Positions 1 through 11,359 of a DNA stretch of 64,000 nt are shown here, in pieces; position 1 is the first letter of the stretch, and the number at the start of each line of letters is the position of its first letter. The position numbers and the translations under genes were made by a program. Source of the stretch: Verrucomicrobiota bacterium. Its GTDB lineage: Bacteria; Verrucomicrobiota; Verrucomicrobiia; Limisphaerales; CANJXF01. The stretch is taken from positions 1 through 64,000 of the forward strand of contig JBBQRQ010000003.1 of assembly GCA_038214755.1 (NCBI GenBank). Direction: 5' to 3'. Under the pieces are notes generated by a model. The model saw nothing but the letters and a program-made list of their open reading frames with translations, was not told where the DNA came from and did no database searches.

Positions 1-81
1 AGTGAATTGGGCTCGAACCCAGGTTCCGAGTTGATTTCGGTCGATCTCCGAGAGTTGAACCGCCGCCGCCATTTTCGCCAT
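1..81 (-). CDS. IS630-family transposase, N-terminus (partial)
   Basis: Manual translation from ATG at 81 gives MAKMAAAVQLSEIDRNQLGTWVRAQFT, resembling the N-terminal pattern of IS630 transposases (AAA-I/V-x-LSE-x-ER-xx-L-xx-W-x-R). Not in the ORF track. Confidence 0.65.
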   Translation of the reverse strand, partial: MAKMAAAVQLSEIDRNQLGTWVRAQFT

Positions 82-136
82 GAATCCAATTTTGCACGGA
101 AAACCCAATATGTCTAGCTAATTACGGGACACTAGA
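1..136 (-). mobile_element. IS630-family insertion sequence, left end (element runs off the window)
   Basis: Minus strand reads CTAG-TCTAGTGTCCCGTAATTAG, then a transposase-like ATG about 50 nt inward. The junction lies at CTAG/TA (132-140) inside the giant surface-protein reading frame. Confidence 0.7.
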
Positions 137-3100
137 CTAGCGCCAGCATCGGTCACGATTCCGGGCGGTTCCAATTCGTGGACTTTCGCCTTGCAGGCAA
201 TGGATGATAATTTGATCGAGACGCCGACAATTGTTTCTGTGACCGCCTCGACGAGTGGATTTTCGAGCGGTTTCGCGAGCGTGACCATTCTGGATAACGA
301 TACGCCTATGATCAGGTTGAGTTTTGCTCAAACCAACCTCAGTGAAGGCGCGGGTCCCCAGGCCACCGTGGGTACGGTGACACGCAATTCAACGAATGGT
401 GGGGACGTTGTCATTGGTTTACAAAGCAGCGACCCGTCCAGAGTTTTAGTTCCCTCTTCTGTGACGATTCCGACTGGAAAAGCGTCGGCCAGCTTCTTTG
501 TTTCAGCAATCGATAACACGGCTGTGGATGGGCTGCACAATGTCAGAATCACTCCCTTTGTTCTCGCTTCGGCGGGCGGAACTGTGGTGGCGTCCGGTCA
601 TCCCGTAACTCTCACTCTTTTGGATGATGACGGCCCGACTCTAAAATTGGTAATCGCGAAGAAGCTGGTTCCGGAAGGGCAGAATCCCGCTACCACTGCC
701 ACGGTCACGCGCAACACGCCTGCGACCAACGAACTCATCGTGTCGCTTGTTTCCAGCGATGTAAATGAGGCGACCGTGCCTCCTTCTGTGACCATTCCAC
801 AAGGCCAGGTTTCAGCACAGTTCAACATCGTTAGCGTCAACGACGGAGTGACCGATGGTAATAAGACCGTGACCATCACCGCTACTACAGCGGGCTTTGC
901 TCCCGGTGTTGATACTCTGACCGTGAGTGATGTTAACCTGCCTGACCTTGTTGTTACCGACATCAGCACGTCCACCAACGTAACAACTGAATCCTACCTC
1001 AACGTGACCTACCGGGTGGCCAATCAAGGCGTTACTACTGCGGGGAGCAACTTCTTAACGCGTGTCTTTCTGAGCACCGATCCCATCGTGGGGAACGACA
1101 CGCTCCTCGGCCAATACACCTTCCCTGGCACGATGCCGCCGGGACTATATTTCTCGCAGACACTCCCGGTGTTGGCTCCTTCCACAGCGGGCAAGTATTG
1201 GATCGTTGTTAGCACAGACGTTGGTGACGTGATTCCGGAAGTTTTGGAAAATAACAACACCACGGTTAGCATTGCGCCAGTTACGGTGACCGCGGCGTAC
1301 GGGGCGACGATTCACGCTGACTTGCATAATGCCGTTGCGGGCACACCCGTGCCGATGCACGGTCATGCCACTAATAACTTCGGAGCGTCCGCGCCATTCA
1401 AGCTGGTGAATATCCACATCGGGTCGCGCGGTACCTTGCGTATCATTTCGGCGCTCACGGATGCGAGGGGAAATTTCTCGACTGTCTGGCAGCCACTGCT
1501 TAATGAAGCGGGCCACTACACATTGGGTGCGGATTATCTGGGAGCGGCCACGACCGTCGTGCAAGACGAGTTCACGCTTTACGGATTTAAAGCCAATCCG
1601 GCTAGTCCTTCGCTGACGGTGGCGGATAAGTCCAGTATCACTGGGGTCATCTCGTTACAAAATCAGAGTGAAGTGCCGTTGACTGGCATGGCGGCAAATA
1701 TTGTTAGCAAACCCTCAAATGTAACGGCAACGTTGAGCCTCAATACCAACCCGCTCGCAGGCGATGGCACAAACATGCTTGGTTATGCCATCACGGCAAA
1801 CGACGCCAGTACAACCGGCGGAACCGTTCTCATCCGCGTCACGAGTGCGGAAGGCGCGACTGTGGACATTCCATTCGCCATCACTGTGCAAGCATTGCAC
1901 CCCGTCCTGGTATCAAATCCGAACACCCTCTACGCTGGGATGATTCGGGGAAAGCAGGCCATCGTGACATTCGACGTGATCAACCAAGGAGCGGCGCCGA
2001 CCGGTCCCATAGGGGTTTCACTACCCGATGCCCCTTGGCTCCGCCTGGCCTCCACCAACCCGATGCCGCCCTTGCCAATCGGCCAAACGAATCAGGTGAC
2101 CCTCCAGTTGATCCCGGCAAACGATCTTCCTCTGACCTCCTATAGAGGAACTCTTGTTCTCGGCTCTGACTCAACCAGCGTCTCTGTCCCCTTCGAGTTC
2201 CGCAATCTTTCGGAAGGTAAAGGCGATCTTGGAGTTCAGGCGGAGGACGAATTCACCTATTTCGCCGCCGGTTTCCCAAAATTGGCAGGTGCGCGCGTGA
2301 GCCTGGCGGATGCTCTCACCGGCGTAACTGTCGCGACCGGGGCGACGGATACGAGCGGATCGTTCGTCGCAGGCCAGTTATCTGAAGGCTACTACACGCT
2401 CGACGTGACTGCCGATAGGCATAATCCCTACCATTCCACGATTTTTATCGGCGTGGCCAAGACCAACAGGGTGTCGGCATTTCTCTCTCGCCAAAGCGTC
2501 CACTATACGTGGACAGTCGATGAAATTCAAATCGAGGAACGAACACGCATCACTGTCGAAACGACCTTTGAAACATTTGTTCCGACACCCGTGATCGCGG
2601 TCAATCCGACCGTCATTGACCTCTCGCAGCTTACCAGCGCTGGTCAGCAAATGCAGGTGGACTTGAAGATTAGCAACCATGGGCTGATAGCTGCGCACAA
2701 GGGGCGACTCAGATTCGCAACCCATCCGTTGTATCAGGTCACTCCATTGATCGAGGATGTGGGGATACTTCCGGCCAATAGCGATTTAGTCGTACCATTG
2801 ACGATTACTCGGCTAGTGCCGCTAACCAACGGCACAGCGGCTAAAGACCGCGTGCGAGAGGAATCCATTTCCAAAGCGAAAGATGTTTTGATAGTGTGTG
2901 ATTTGCCCGGAAACTTTGATTGCGTCTGGACCTGCGGCCTCAACGAGGTCGATAATTTAACGGCAATCCTTTGCATCGGTCTTCAAGGCTGCCACGTCAT
3001 TCCCAATCCGAACCGGTCAATAGATCCTGACAATCCTAACGCCTATATCACTTATGTGGATTTGTCGCCAACACCTCAATGCGAATGCACAGTCGATTGT

Positions 3101-3562
3101 ATCAACCCCGGTCACCTTGATGTTGACGGAACTCCAAATGATACTGTGTACGCGTGTGAAGGCACAGAGCTTGAATTCCATCCCCCCACCGTTACCCACA
3201 AGGACGCAATGGTGCGCATCGTTTGTACAGACACGGCACCTCGGGAGGAACCAACAGCGGGGACGCCAGTCTTCAAGTGGACAATTATTCGTCCTAGTCC
3301 AGACAGCCCGATTTCGGGCGAATTACCACAACAGCCTGCGAAAGTTCTGGCGTCCCGTTCGGGCACTTATCGCTGCATATTTGAAGCGAGGATCGATAAA
3401 CCGCCGTGCATTCCTCCGCCATTAACTTTGCCGGAACAGATTGCGAATGTCTCTAAGATCCGATTCGTGACACCGTACGGCGATCCCGAAAAGCAGCCGA
3501 AGAGTTCTCCCGGTGAAGGACAGAATGAGTTTAGTTTTGACGACTCTATTCCCGGCAGCTGA
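122..3562 (+). pseudogene. Giant secreted/surface protein, segment 1 (Calx-beta-like repeats, CARDB-like and Ig-like domains), 5'-truncated by IS630
   Basis: Repeated VPSSVTIP..DD..DG units and a PDLVV..E.NN CARDB motif. The frame extends upstream of 191 as APASVTIPGGSNSWTFAL, an internal repeat, with no signal peptide. Confidence 0.8.
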
Positions 3563-4530
3563 CGATCGAGTTTGTTGCGAAACCCTGTGAAGGCCTCTCG
3601 TCCGAACAGATCGCTGAATTGACGGACCGCGTCCGATTCTCTGTTGACACCCTGGAGGGAACTGCGCTGGTTTGGTTAACGGGTGATAGCAAAGGTAAGG
3701 CTACTTATGACGGTGGACTGTGGAGGGCTACGGCGCAATTCGTCGGACTTCCCGCAAGGAATGATTCCTTTGGGAAAAAACGCGTGGTTGTAAAAATCGA
3801 TGGTACCGACATTGAAGTAGAGGGAATTTACGAAATCTTTTATTTGCGAGAGGCGACCAATCACCCGGATGGGCAAAACGGTTCACCAAATTGGTTTTAC
3901 TACTGGCTCCAGGCAATCAATGCATACGGCAATGTTCAATTCGCTGGCTCAGGGGGAACTGGTCCTTACGGTACGCTGCTGGGTGAGACTGGTATTGGAA
4001 ACATCTGGAACTGGAATGCTGCGCCCGATAAGACTCAAATTCGAATTTTCGAGCAGGCGTCTCATGAAGCGATCCCGTACCCTCAGGCAACGTCGATTAG
4101 GTACAGCGGGATTGACCTTTTTGCAAATATTGTGGTGCATGAAACGAGGCACCTATACCAACAGACGGAGGCCGATAGGCTAATTCCAAATTCGCCAGGT
4201 ACCTGCTTTCAGTACGGCTGGTCGTGGAATGCGCCCACGATACATAATCATTGGAAACCTGGACCCGACAGAGAGTGGGGAGTCGCTGGCAAAGACGATG
4301 ACTTCAACGGGGTCATAGATGACGCCAAACCAAATCCATTGGACTTCAATTCGCCCTATTTTGAACCAGGTTGGCAGGGCTCCGATGACGAAGATCTAAC
4401 TACTCATGAACCCAACGCTCGGGACTGGCCAAAGATATGGCAATTACCATCGCGCTATTGGCCGACAATTGAGGCAATCGAAGCTGACGCGGTAATCTAC
4501 GCGGAGGGATTCACAGCCGAATTGGCTTAG
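3559..4530 (+). pseudogene. Giant surface protein, segment 2 (central domain with HExxH motif)
   Basis: Shifted frame continues LTIEFVAKPCEGLSSEQIAELTDRVRF from 3559. Contains NIVVHETRH and GKDDDFNGVIDD. Confidence 0.65.
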
Positions 4531-4550
4531 TTGTTTTCTGGCTCAGCGCC

Positions 4551-7286
4551 TTGTCAGCGCCCGGCGGCGTTTGCGCCAAAGTTCGTCTTCGAACGAGCCA
4601 AGATGCCGTCATAACCCGAACTGCATTTCATGCACGCTTGGAACTTGTAAATGATAATCCAAGTTCTGCGCTCGAAGCGGTGGCTGCTACCGTCAGAATT
4701 CTCGATGAGGAGGGTTATCAAGCTAACGAGCGGTTTCTACTTCGGGCACCGGAGTTGTCCGGGTTGTCGGCTGTCGATGGAACAGGAAAAGTGGCTCCAA
4801 ATTCGAGTGGGAGTGCGAGTTGGGTCATCATTCTCACGGACGAAGCTGCTCCTCAGGCTCCGGCGGTGTATAAGGTGGGTGGCTCCTTCAGCTACACGCA
4901 AGACGGGACTGTCGTGACCGTTCCACTAACACCCGTCAGCATCACTGTCCGCCCTGACGCGGCGCTCGACATTAAGTATTTCCATCAACGCGACGTGATC
5001 GCCGATGATCCTTTTACAACTACAATTGAGCCAAGCATCCCTTATTCGCTGGTGGTCATGGTGCAAAATAAAGGATTTGGAGCGGCGCGAAGTCTCAGTC
5101 TGAGTTCCCCTCAACCCAATATTGTTGATAATAACAAAGGTCTTTTGATAGATTTCAAACTGGTCGGTGCGGAAATTAATGGGCAGCAATTTACCCCAAC
5201 TTTATCCGCCAATTTTGGGAGTATTTCTCCTGGGAAAATCTCTATCGCCAAATGGTTATTTACGTCCTCTCTCCAAGGGTTGTTCACGGATTACAAAGCA
5301 ACGTTTCAGCATCTGGACGACCTTGGCAGCACTCACCTATCGACTATAAAAAATGTCGAAATCCATGAAATGATTCATCTCGTGCAAGCGCCCGGGGCGT
5401 TCGAAGATAACAAACCAGATTTTCTGGTGAATGATATTCCTGATTCACCCTATGATTTGCCAGACACACTTTATTTTAGTGATGGAACGACCAATCCGGT
5501 TGCCGCAGTGACAAGTGGAATGATTGTCGGCGTTCTCTCGCCTACCAGTCTCATCGTAACTCAAACCGCCGTGATGTCTGCCGGTTGGTCATATCTGCGC
5601 GTGCCTGATCCCGGCCACGGGCAATATACCTTAACAAGAGCCGTGCGTTCGGATGGGGTTCAGATTTATTTCAATACAAATGTGTGGACGACAGACCGAA
5701 CGTTTATCGGCATGGGACAGCAACCCATTCGCGAAAATATCTTGCACCTACTGGATTATAACAGTCCGGGTAGCTACACGCTTTACTACACTGTGCCGCC
5801 TCCATCGGATACAACCGCGCCAGTAAGTTCGGTAGCGGCTTTGCCATCGGCAAGCTATCCGGGTTTTATTGTGAATTGGAACGGCGCGGATAATTCAGGC
5901 GGGAGCGTTCTGGCGTTTTTCGACATCTACGCGAGCGAAACAACGTGGCTGCAACATACCCCGTCGCGTAGCGCGCTTTATTCTGGAAATTTCGGCCATA
6001 GTTACGCTTTCTACAGCCGCGCGACGGATGCCAGCGGCAACGCAGAACCTGCCCCCTTCACTCCGCAGGCGCAGACCACCGTGAGCCTGAGCAATTCTCC
6101 GCCGACGATTTCTGTGATCTCAAACATTTTGATCGGCGCTGGCGAGACGCTATCGCTCAATGTATCGGCGAGTGATCCTGACGTGCAGGATGTTCTTTCG
6201 TTCAGCCTCGCTCCAGGAGCGCCGCCCGGCATGGTTATTAATCCGATGACAGGTCATGTATCGTGGTTGACGAGTGCGTCCATTCTTGGATCGGCACTGG
6301 TAACAACCAATCGCATCAACGTCGTCGTCAAAGATATCGGCCAGCCGCAACTCAGCGCCACTGGGATGGTCAGTGTGGTGTTGCATCAAATCAATACGGC
6401 ACCGAGGCTTGCGGCTATTCCGGACTCTTACGCCAATGTGCTGGCAGCGCTTATATTTACAAACCGCGTGGTAGATTCTGATGTTCCGACAAATCACTTG
6501 ACCTTTGCTCTCGGCACTAGCGCGCCTCTCGGCGTTCATCTCAACCCGACGAACGGGATATTCTCTTGGACGCCGAGCCGCTCGCAGGCAAACAGCACGA
6601 ATCTTATTTCCATAAGCGTTACGGACGACGGTATTCCGTTACTTAATGACACAAAATCTTTTACGGTGATTGTAAATCCTTATTTGGAATTGTTTCTGGG
6701 TTCGAGTGTGTTGCGTGCCGGTGAAACAGGCAGCATTCCGATCTCTATCGTTTCCAGTACGCTCATTACCAATCTTGGTTTTGCTTTTGGTTATCCGCAG
6801 AGTCGACTGACAAATTGGGAAATACAGCCGACCGCATCTCTTAGCGCGAGCACGTCCGGTTCAAATAACATGCTCTTCGTATCAATTTCTTCGCCTGACG
6901 GAATAGGATTAGTGGGAACTCAGGCGTTGGGTCAGATGAGTTTTGTTGCCGTAAGCAACCAATTGTCCGCATTCATTCCTTTGGTTTTCAGTAATGCTAT
7001 TGGCGTCGGAATCGATGGTGCGGTAATTCCTCGCAATCTTTTCAATGATGGCCGGGCTACTGTTCTTGGTACGCAGTCTCTTTTGGAAGGAGCTTTGGCA
7101 ACCAACGGCCAGCGATATCTCATCCTCTATGGTTTGCCCGGGACGAACTATATTCTTCAAGCTTCCCAGTCGCTTTTGACTCCTTCATGGATGGATATGG
7201 GATTCTTTTCTCCCAGCAACTTCACACTGCCTATCTTGGATATTGGGAATACGAACTCCCCTGTTTTCTATCGCGTAAGACAGTGA
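4551..7286 (+). pseudogene. Giant surface protein, segment 3 (cadherin/He_PIG Ig-like repeats, cohesin-like domain, C-terminal FYR domain)
   Basis: No signal peptide, so probably a continuation of the upstream segments. Has NSPP..SDPD..LSFSL..APPGM.IN..TG...W Ig repeats and ends VFYRVRQ. Confidence 0.7.
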
Positions 7287-7340
7287 GATTAGGAATGCTC
7301 GAAAAAACTTCGTGGCAATTGTCCTCAGGAGGGCAGTTGG

Positions 7341-8708
7341 TCAGGTAAGGACTTCGTCGATGGCCTCGCGCAAAACCGCCAGGCCGTCTCGCAACGCCTC
7401 CTCTGTGGTCGTCAGTGGCGGCGCGATTTTTACTGTTTGTCCCCAGGCTCCAACCGGCGAGAAAAACAAAAGTCCTTTGTGAAAACATTTTTCGATGATG
7501 GCGTGCGCCAGATCGTGATTGGGTTCTTTCACACCGGGTTTCAGAATTTGCATTCCGCCAACAAGGCCAGTGGCAGACACATGGCCGATGATGTTGGAAT
7601 GCTGACGTTTCATTTCTTCCAAACCGGCGAGCAGAATTTTTCCGAGGCGCGCGGCATTCTCGGTCAGCTTTTCGTTTTGGATTTTCCGCAAACTGGCGAG
7701 AGCGGCTGCAACACAGACCGGGTTTCCGGTGTGGGTGCTGGTCATCGAGCCGGGGGGAAATTGATCCATGATGTCGGCGCGGCCAATTACGGCGGAGAGT
7801 GGAAGCGAACTGCTGATTCCTTTTCCGCAGCAAATGATGTCGGGCGTGACGCCGTAATGTTCGAATGCCCAGAATTTTCCCGTGCGCCCAAAACCGGCCT
7901 GCACTTCGTCGAAAATTAAAACAATCCCGTTCGCGTCGCACCATTGACGGAGCTTTTGCACGTACTCGACTGGGGCGAAGTCTGGGCCGACGCCTTGATA
8001 ACTTTCCATCATGACCCCTGCAATATTTTCTGGGGACAGCCCTTTGCTCTGAATCGTTTTGAGCAACGCGTCGAAACTCGTGTCGGTCTGCCAGAAGCCG
8101 TCGGGGAAAGGCGCGTTGATGATCGCGGGGTCTTCGTTGACGATCCAATCTTTTTGCCCGGCCATGCCGCCGGCCTGTTGCGAGCCGAGGGTGCGTCCGT
8201 GAAATCCGCGCTCGAAACCGACGATGCCGATTTTCTTTTTCCCGCCGGTTTTGATCCCCCACGACCGCGCGAGTTTGATGGCGCATTCGGTCGCTTCGGA
8301 ACCGGTGGTGAGCAGAAAAACTTTCTCCAGATTTTTCGGCGCAAGGCTGATGAGATGTTCGGCCAGTTCAGCGCGTTCTTCGCTCGGAAAAACATAATTA
8401 TGCAGGAGGCCGCTGTTGACCTGGTCGATGATGGCCTTCTTGATTTCCGGCGCGCTGTGGCCGGCATTGGTGACGAGAACGCCCGAACTCCAATCGAGCC
8501 AGCAGTTGCCATATTTGTCATAGACCTGAAAATTTTCAGCGCGATCCCAGACGAGTGGGGGCTGGCCGCGCATGGAGAGCGGTTCGAATTTGCGCAGTTT
8601 TTCGAGAGTGGCGAGTGAATCCGGGTGCGGCAACGGCGTGATGATGCGGCGAAATTTCGTTTCAACTTTTGGAACGTTCTGCGGGGTGATGCTGAATTCT
8701 TTTCCCAT
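7341..8708 (-). CDS. Class III PLP aminotransferase (GabT/ArgD-like)
   Basis: TGSEATE, FHGRT, LIFDEVQAGFGRTG, CGKG (PLP lysine) and STHTGNP motifs. Confidence 0.93.
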   Translation of the reverse strand: MGKEFSITPQNVPKVETKFRRIITPLPHPDSLATLEKLRKFEPLSMRGQPPLVWDRAENFQVYDKYGNCWLDWSSGVLVTNAGHSAPEIKKAIIDQVNSGLLHNYVFPSEERAELAEHLISLAPKNLEKVFLLTTGSEATECAIKLARSWGIKTGGKKKIGIVGFERGFHGRTLGSQQAGGMAGQKDWIVNEDPAIINAPFPDGFWQTDTSFDALLKTIQSKGLSPENIAGVMMESYQGVGPDFAPVEYVQKLRQWCDANGIVLIFDEVQAGFGRTGKFWAFEHYGVTPDIICCGKGISSSLPLSAVIGRADIMDQFPPGSMTSTHTGNPVCVAAALASLRKIQNEKLTENAARLGKILLAGLEEMKRQHSNIIGHVSATGLVGGMQILKPGVKEPNHDLAHAIIEKCFHKGLLFFSPVGAWGQTVKIAPPLTTTEEALRDGLAVLREAIDEVLT

Positions 8709-8736
8709 GATTTAATTTTTAAATTTTAAAATTGAC

Positions 8737-8812
8737 GGAGCGCGACCGGGTCGAAGGCGACACACTATTTCCACCGTGCTGCGGCTGGTCGCGGACGACC
8801 CAGCCGCGCTCC
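8737..8812. repeat. REP-like palindromic element (GGAGCGCG...CGCGCTCC family)
   Basis: Terminal inverted repeat GGAGCGCG/CGCGCTCC with internal hairpin GCGGCTGG..CCAGCCGC. Confidence 0.65.
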
Positions 8813-8931
8813 AGCCGGTGACTGATCAAACACCGGTTGAAGACGGAAGAAAAGTGGGAAGTGACGGATGACATTTTAACGGGCGCATTTTCCTAAATTG
8901 AAGGGTTCAAGTCTTGGGAAAGAGCGGCAAT

Positions 8932-9001
8932 GGCACGCCGATCTCCCGTTCGACATTGGCATACTCCCATTTTCACGAGCCGATCAGGAGATCGGCGTTC
9001 C
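8932..9001. repeat. REP-like doublet (GGAACGCCGATCTCC family)
   Basis: Inverted arms GGCACGCCGATCTCC and GGAGATCGGCGTTCC. Second copy at 43243-43320. Confidence 0.8.
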
Positions 9002-9002
9002 G

Positions 9003-9872
9003 TTATTTGGCCAGCGCAACGAGGTAGCGTTGCAACCGGGAAATTTCTTCGTGCGCTTCAAGCTGCGTGTAAATCTGATGAAGGTTGGCGCAAATGCGGA
9101 GCAGAATCCGCCGCGCGCTCACCGGCATCAGATGGCCTTCCTGCAAACTGTGATTGGTGTGCTGTAAATATTTGACGCAATCGGCCTTGGTCAAAATTTT
9201 TCCGCGATTGAACGCATCAATGAAAAATTCGCTCTTCGTTGTTTGATAGCGGCAAACGAAATGTCCGGGCAAACCGATTCCCGTCAGCGGCAGTTTCAGG
9301 CGGCGAGCGACAAATAAATAAATCAGCGACAGACTGATCGGGTTTCCCGTGCGTCGATCCAGCACGCAGTTGATGAAACTATTCTCCGGCTCGTAATAAT
9401 GTTCCTCGTTCCCAGTGAAACCGAGTTGGCGAAAAAGAAAATCGTTGATCGTCGCTAGAATCTGCTCGGCTTCTCCGTCGAAAGGAATTTGCTCTCGCAG
9501 ATCGATGGCAAAACTATCCAGTAAAGCGCTGTAAGCCGCCCGGTTGATGCTCGGATACTGCGTTTGCGCCAGCAGCAAAACTCCTTCTTCGATATCAAAC
9601 TCTTCACCTTGACTCAGACAGAAAGCGAGGAACCGCGTATCTGCTTCCTGCCGCCCAAAATGGTCAATCACTTCTCTGGCGCGACGGCGCAAAATCGGGT
9701 CGCTGCTCAAAAGATGCGGGTGCAACCAACCGACGACCGGCGTGCCGCAGGAAATTAGTTTTGCGCGAACGGTCTGGTAAACCGCGGGGTCCTCGTCGGC
9801 GAGTAAACTGATCAATGCGGCGCGCTGACTTTCACTCAAAACGCTTTTGATTTTGGCGAGAGGAAGTTTCAT
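9003..9872 (-). CDS. SirB1 / transglutaminase-like domain protein
   Basis: LGFTGN..YY.PENSF...VLDRRTGNPISLS and GIGLPGHF motifs. Confidence 0.88.
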   Translation of the reverse strand: MKLPLAKIKSVLSESQRAALISLLADEDPAVYQTVRAKLISCGTPVVGWLHPHLLSSDPILRRRAREVIDHFGRQEADTRFLAFCLSQGEEFDIEEGVLLLAQTQYPSINRAAYSALLDSFAIDLREQIPFDGEAEQILATINDFLFRQLGFTGNEEHYYEPENSFINCVLDRRTGNPISLSLIYLFVARRLKLPLTGIGLPGHFVCRYQTTKSEFFIDAFNRGKILTKADCVKYLQHTNHSLQEGHLMPVSARRILLRICANLHQIYTQLEAHEEISRLQRYLVALAK

Positions 9873-9987
9873 GGGTTGTCCGCGTCAAGAATTTGGCAGA
9901 ACTGCTGGAGGAATTCAATCGTTGGCCGAATTAAGTTTTATAGTTGCTCGATGATTTGCCGGGTCGAGAAAAGCAGACCGACCAGGT

Positions 9988-10108
9988 TTAACGCAGAGGA
10001 CACAAAGGTTTTCGCAGAGGAACGCGGAGTTAAAACTTTCCTGCCAAACTCTTTTTTTCCCACATCTCTTTGCGAACTCTGCGTGAACCTTTGCGTCCTC
10101 TGCGTTAA
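9988..10108. repeat. Palindromic repeat (TTAACGCAGAGG family)
   Basis: Long inverted arms TTAACGCAGAGGAC.CAAAGGTT and AACCTTTGCGTCCTCTGCGTTAA. Related copy at 30496-30620. Confidence 0.8.
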
Positions 10109-10175
10109 TCGGGGAAATCAATGGCGAATCTCTCCAAAAATCCCATAACCACCAGAGAACCTCCAAGGAACAATA

Positions 10176-10460
10176 TTATTCTTTTTGCAATGATCCTTTT
10201 GCTTTCTCCGAGCGCGCGTCTTCCACCGTGGATTGAATGAGTTGCTGTTGTTCTTTGCGCAATTTTCGGCGAATGAGCGCGAGATCGGCCAATGCAGTAA
10301 TCGCGGCGATGCCGGTCAGTAAAAAACAAACCAACCAATAAGTCGCGAAGTTCACTCCCGCGAGTTTTGCTGAAAATAGGGTGAGGCCCAGGGCGAGCAT
10401 CAACAACGCGAGAAAAAGGAACAGGCCGGAGATCATGCGTCTGATCGCGCTAAAATTCAT
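10176..10460 (-). CDS. Small two-TM membrane protein
   Basis: Two hydrophobic segments followed by a basic coiled tail. ATG at 10460. Confidence 0.7.
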   Translation of the reverse strand: MNFSAIRRMISGLFLFLALLMLALGLTLFSAKLAGVNFATYWLVCFLLTGIAAITALADLALIRRKLRKEQQQLIQSTVEDARSEKAKGSLQKE

Positions 10461-10520
10461 GGGAAAAAATAACACGAGTTTTTTCAGAGGCCAAAATTTT
10501 TTCTATTTAGTGGAACAAGG

Positions 10521-10619
10521 TAGTGGGGCAGACATCCTGTCTGCCAACGGGGCTTCCAGCCCCAGACCACGATTCGCGGGCAAGATGCCCGTTTGGCAGG
10601 CTGGAAGCCTGCCCCACTA
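10521..10619. repeat. GTAG-like REP doublet (GGGCAGAC..GTCTGCC / GGCAGGCT..AGCCTGCC family)
   Basis: Four nested hairpins with ends TAGTGGGGCAG and CTGCCCCACTA. Same architecture as the element inside smc. Confidence 0.85.
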
Positions 10620-10714
10620 TTTGTCACGCATGACGGTCTCAGATGCGCCCAAATGGAATTGAAAACAAAAAGCCGATTGCACTGCGAAAGTGATCTGTTA
10701 ATTCTTTTCGGACA

Positions 10715-11107
10715 ATGAACATCACCCAGCAACTTGCGCTCTTCCTCGAAAATCGCCCTGGCGCTCTGGCCCGAGTCTGCGAAGCGTTGAGCAAAGAGAA
10801 AATAAATATCTACGCCATTTCCACCAGTGACACGATCGATCACAGCGTTGTTCGCATGGTGTTAAGCGACCCGCGGAAGGCGTTGCTGCTTTTTGAAGAG
10901 CACGGAACTTTAGTGGTGGAAGATGACGTGTTGATGATTGAGGGAGATAACAAACCTGGCTCGCTGGCCAGACTCGCCAACAAACTGGCGAACGCAAAGA
11001 TCAACATCGAATACGCCTACTCCGCCACCAATCCTGCCGCAAAAAAAGGCTTGCTGATTTTACGCGTGTCCGACGCGAAGAAAGCGTTGAAAGTGTTGAA
11101 CGCTTGA
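10715..11107 (+). CDS. Tandem ACT-domain protein
   Basis: Two ACT signatures: ENRPGAL..NI and DNKPGSL..NIEY. Confidence 0.9.
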   Translation: MNITQQLALFLENRPGALARVCEALSKEKINIYAISTSDTIDHSVVRMVLSDPRKALLLFEEHGTLVVEDDVLMIEGDNKPGSLARLANKLANAKINIEYAYSATNPAAKKGLLILRVSDAKKALKVLNA

Positions 11108-11243
11108 CCGGGTAGCATCTGCCTCCGGCGGGTGCGAAGATGTCTTCATTGGGTGTTGGGCATTCGATGTTCAGTTAATTTCACACATCGAACATCGAAC
11201 ATCGAATGTTTTGCCGCACCCGCCGGAGGCAGATGCTACCCGG
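11108..11243. repeat. REP-like doublet with 29-bp perfect arms and an internal (AACATCG)n heptamer spacer
   Basis: CCGGGTAGCATCTGCCTCCGGCGGGTGCG (11108-11136) and its exact reverse complement (11215-11243). Confidence 0.9.
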
Positions 11244-11359
11244 CGCAACGAAAATCAAAACTTCCCGCACAGAATTATTGCAGTCAGGGGATTTTGCAGT
11301 AAATACTAACAAAATTTTATACCGGGATTTTGCGGCACTGAATAGAATCAGTCACGACG

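Noticed and set aside
3540..4560. Programmed frameshifting or selenocysteine read-through in the giant gene
   Set aside because: The continuation is in a different frame, so TGA read-through does not help. No slippery heptamer is evident, and the gene is already IS-disrupted.
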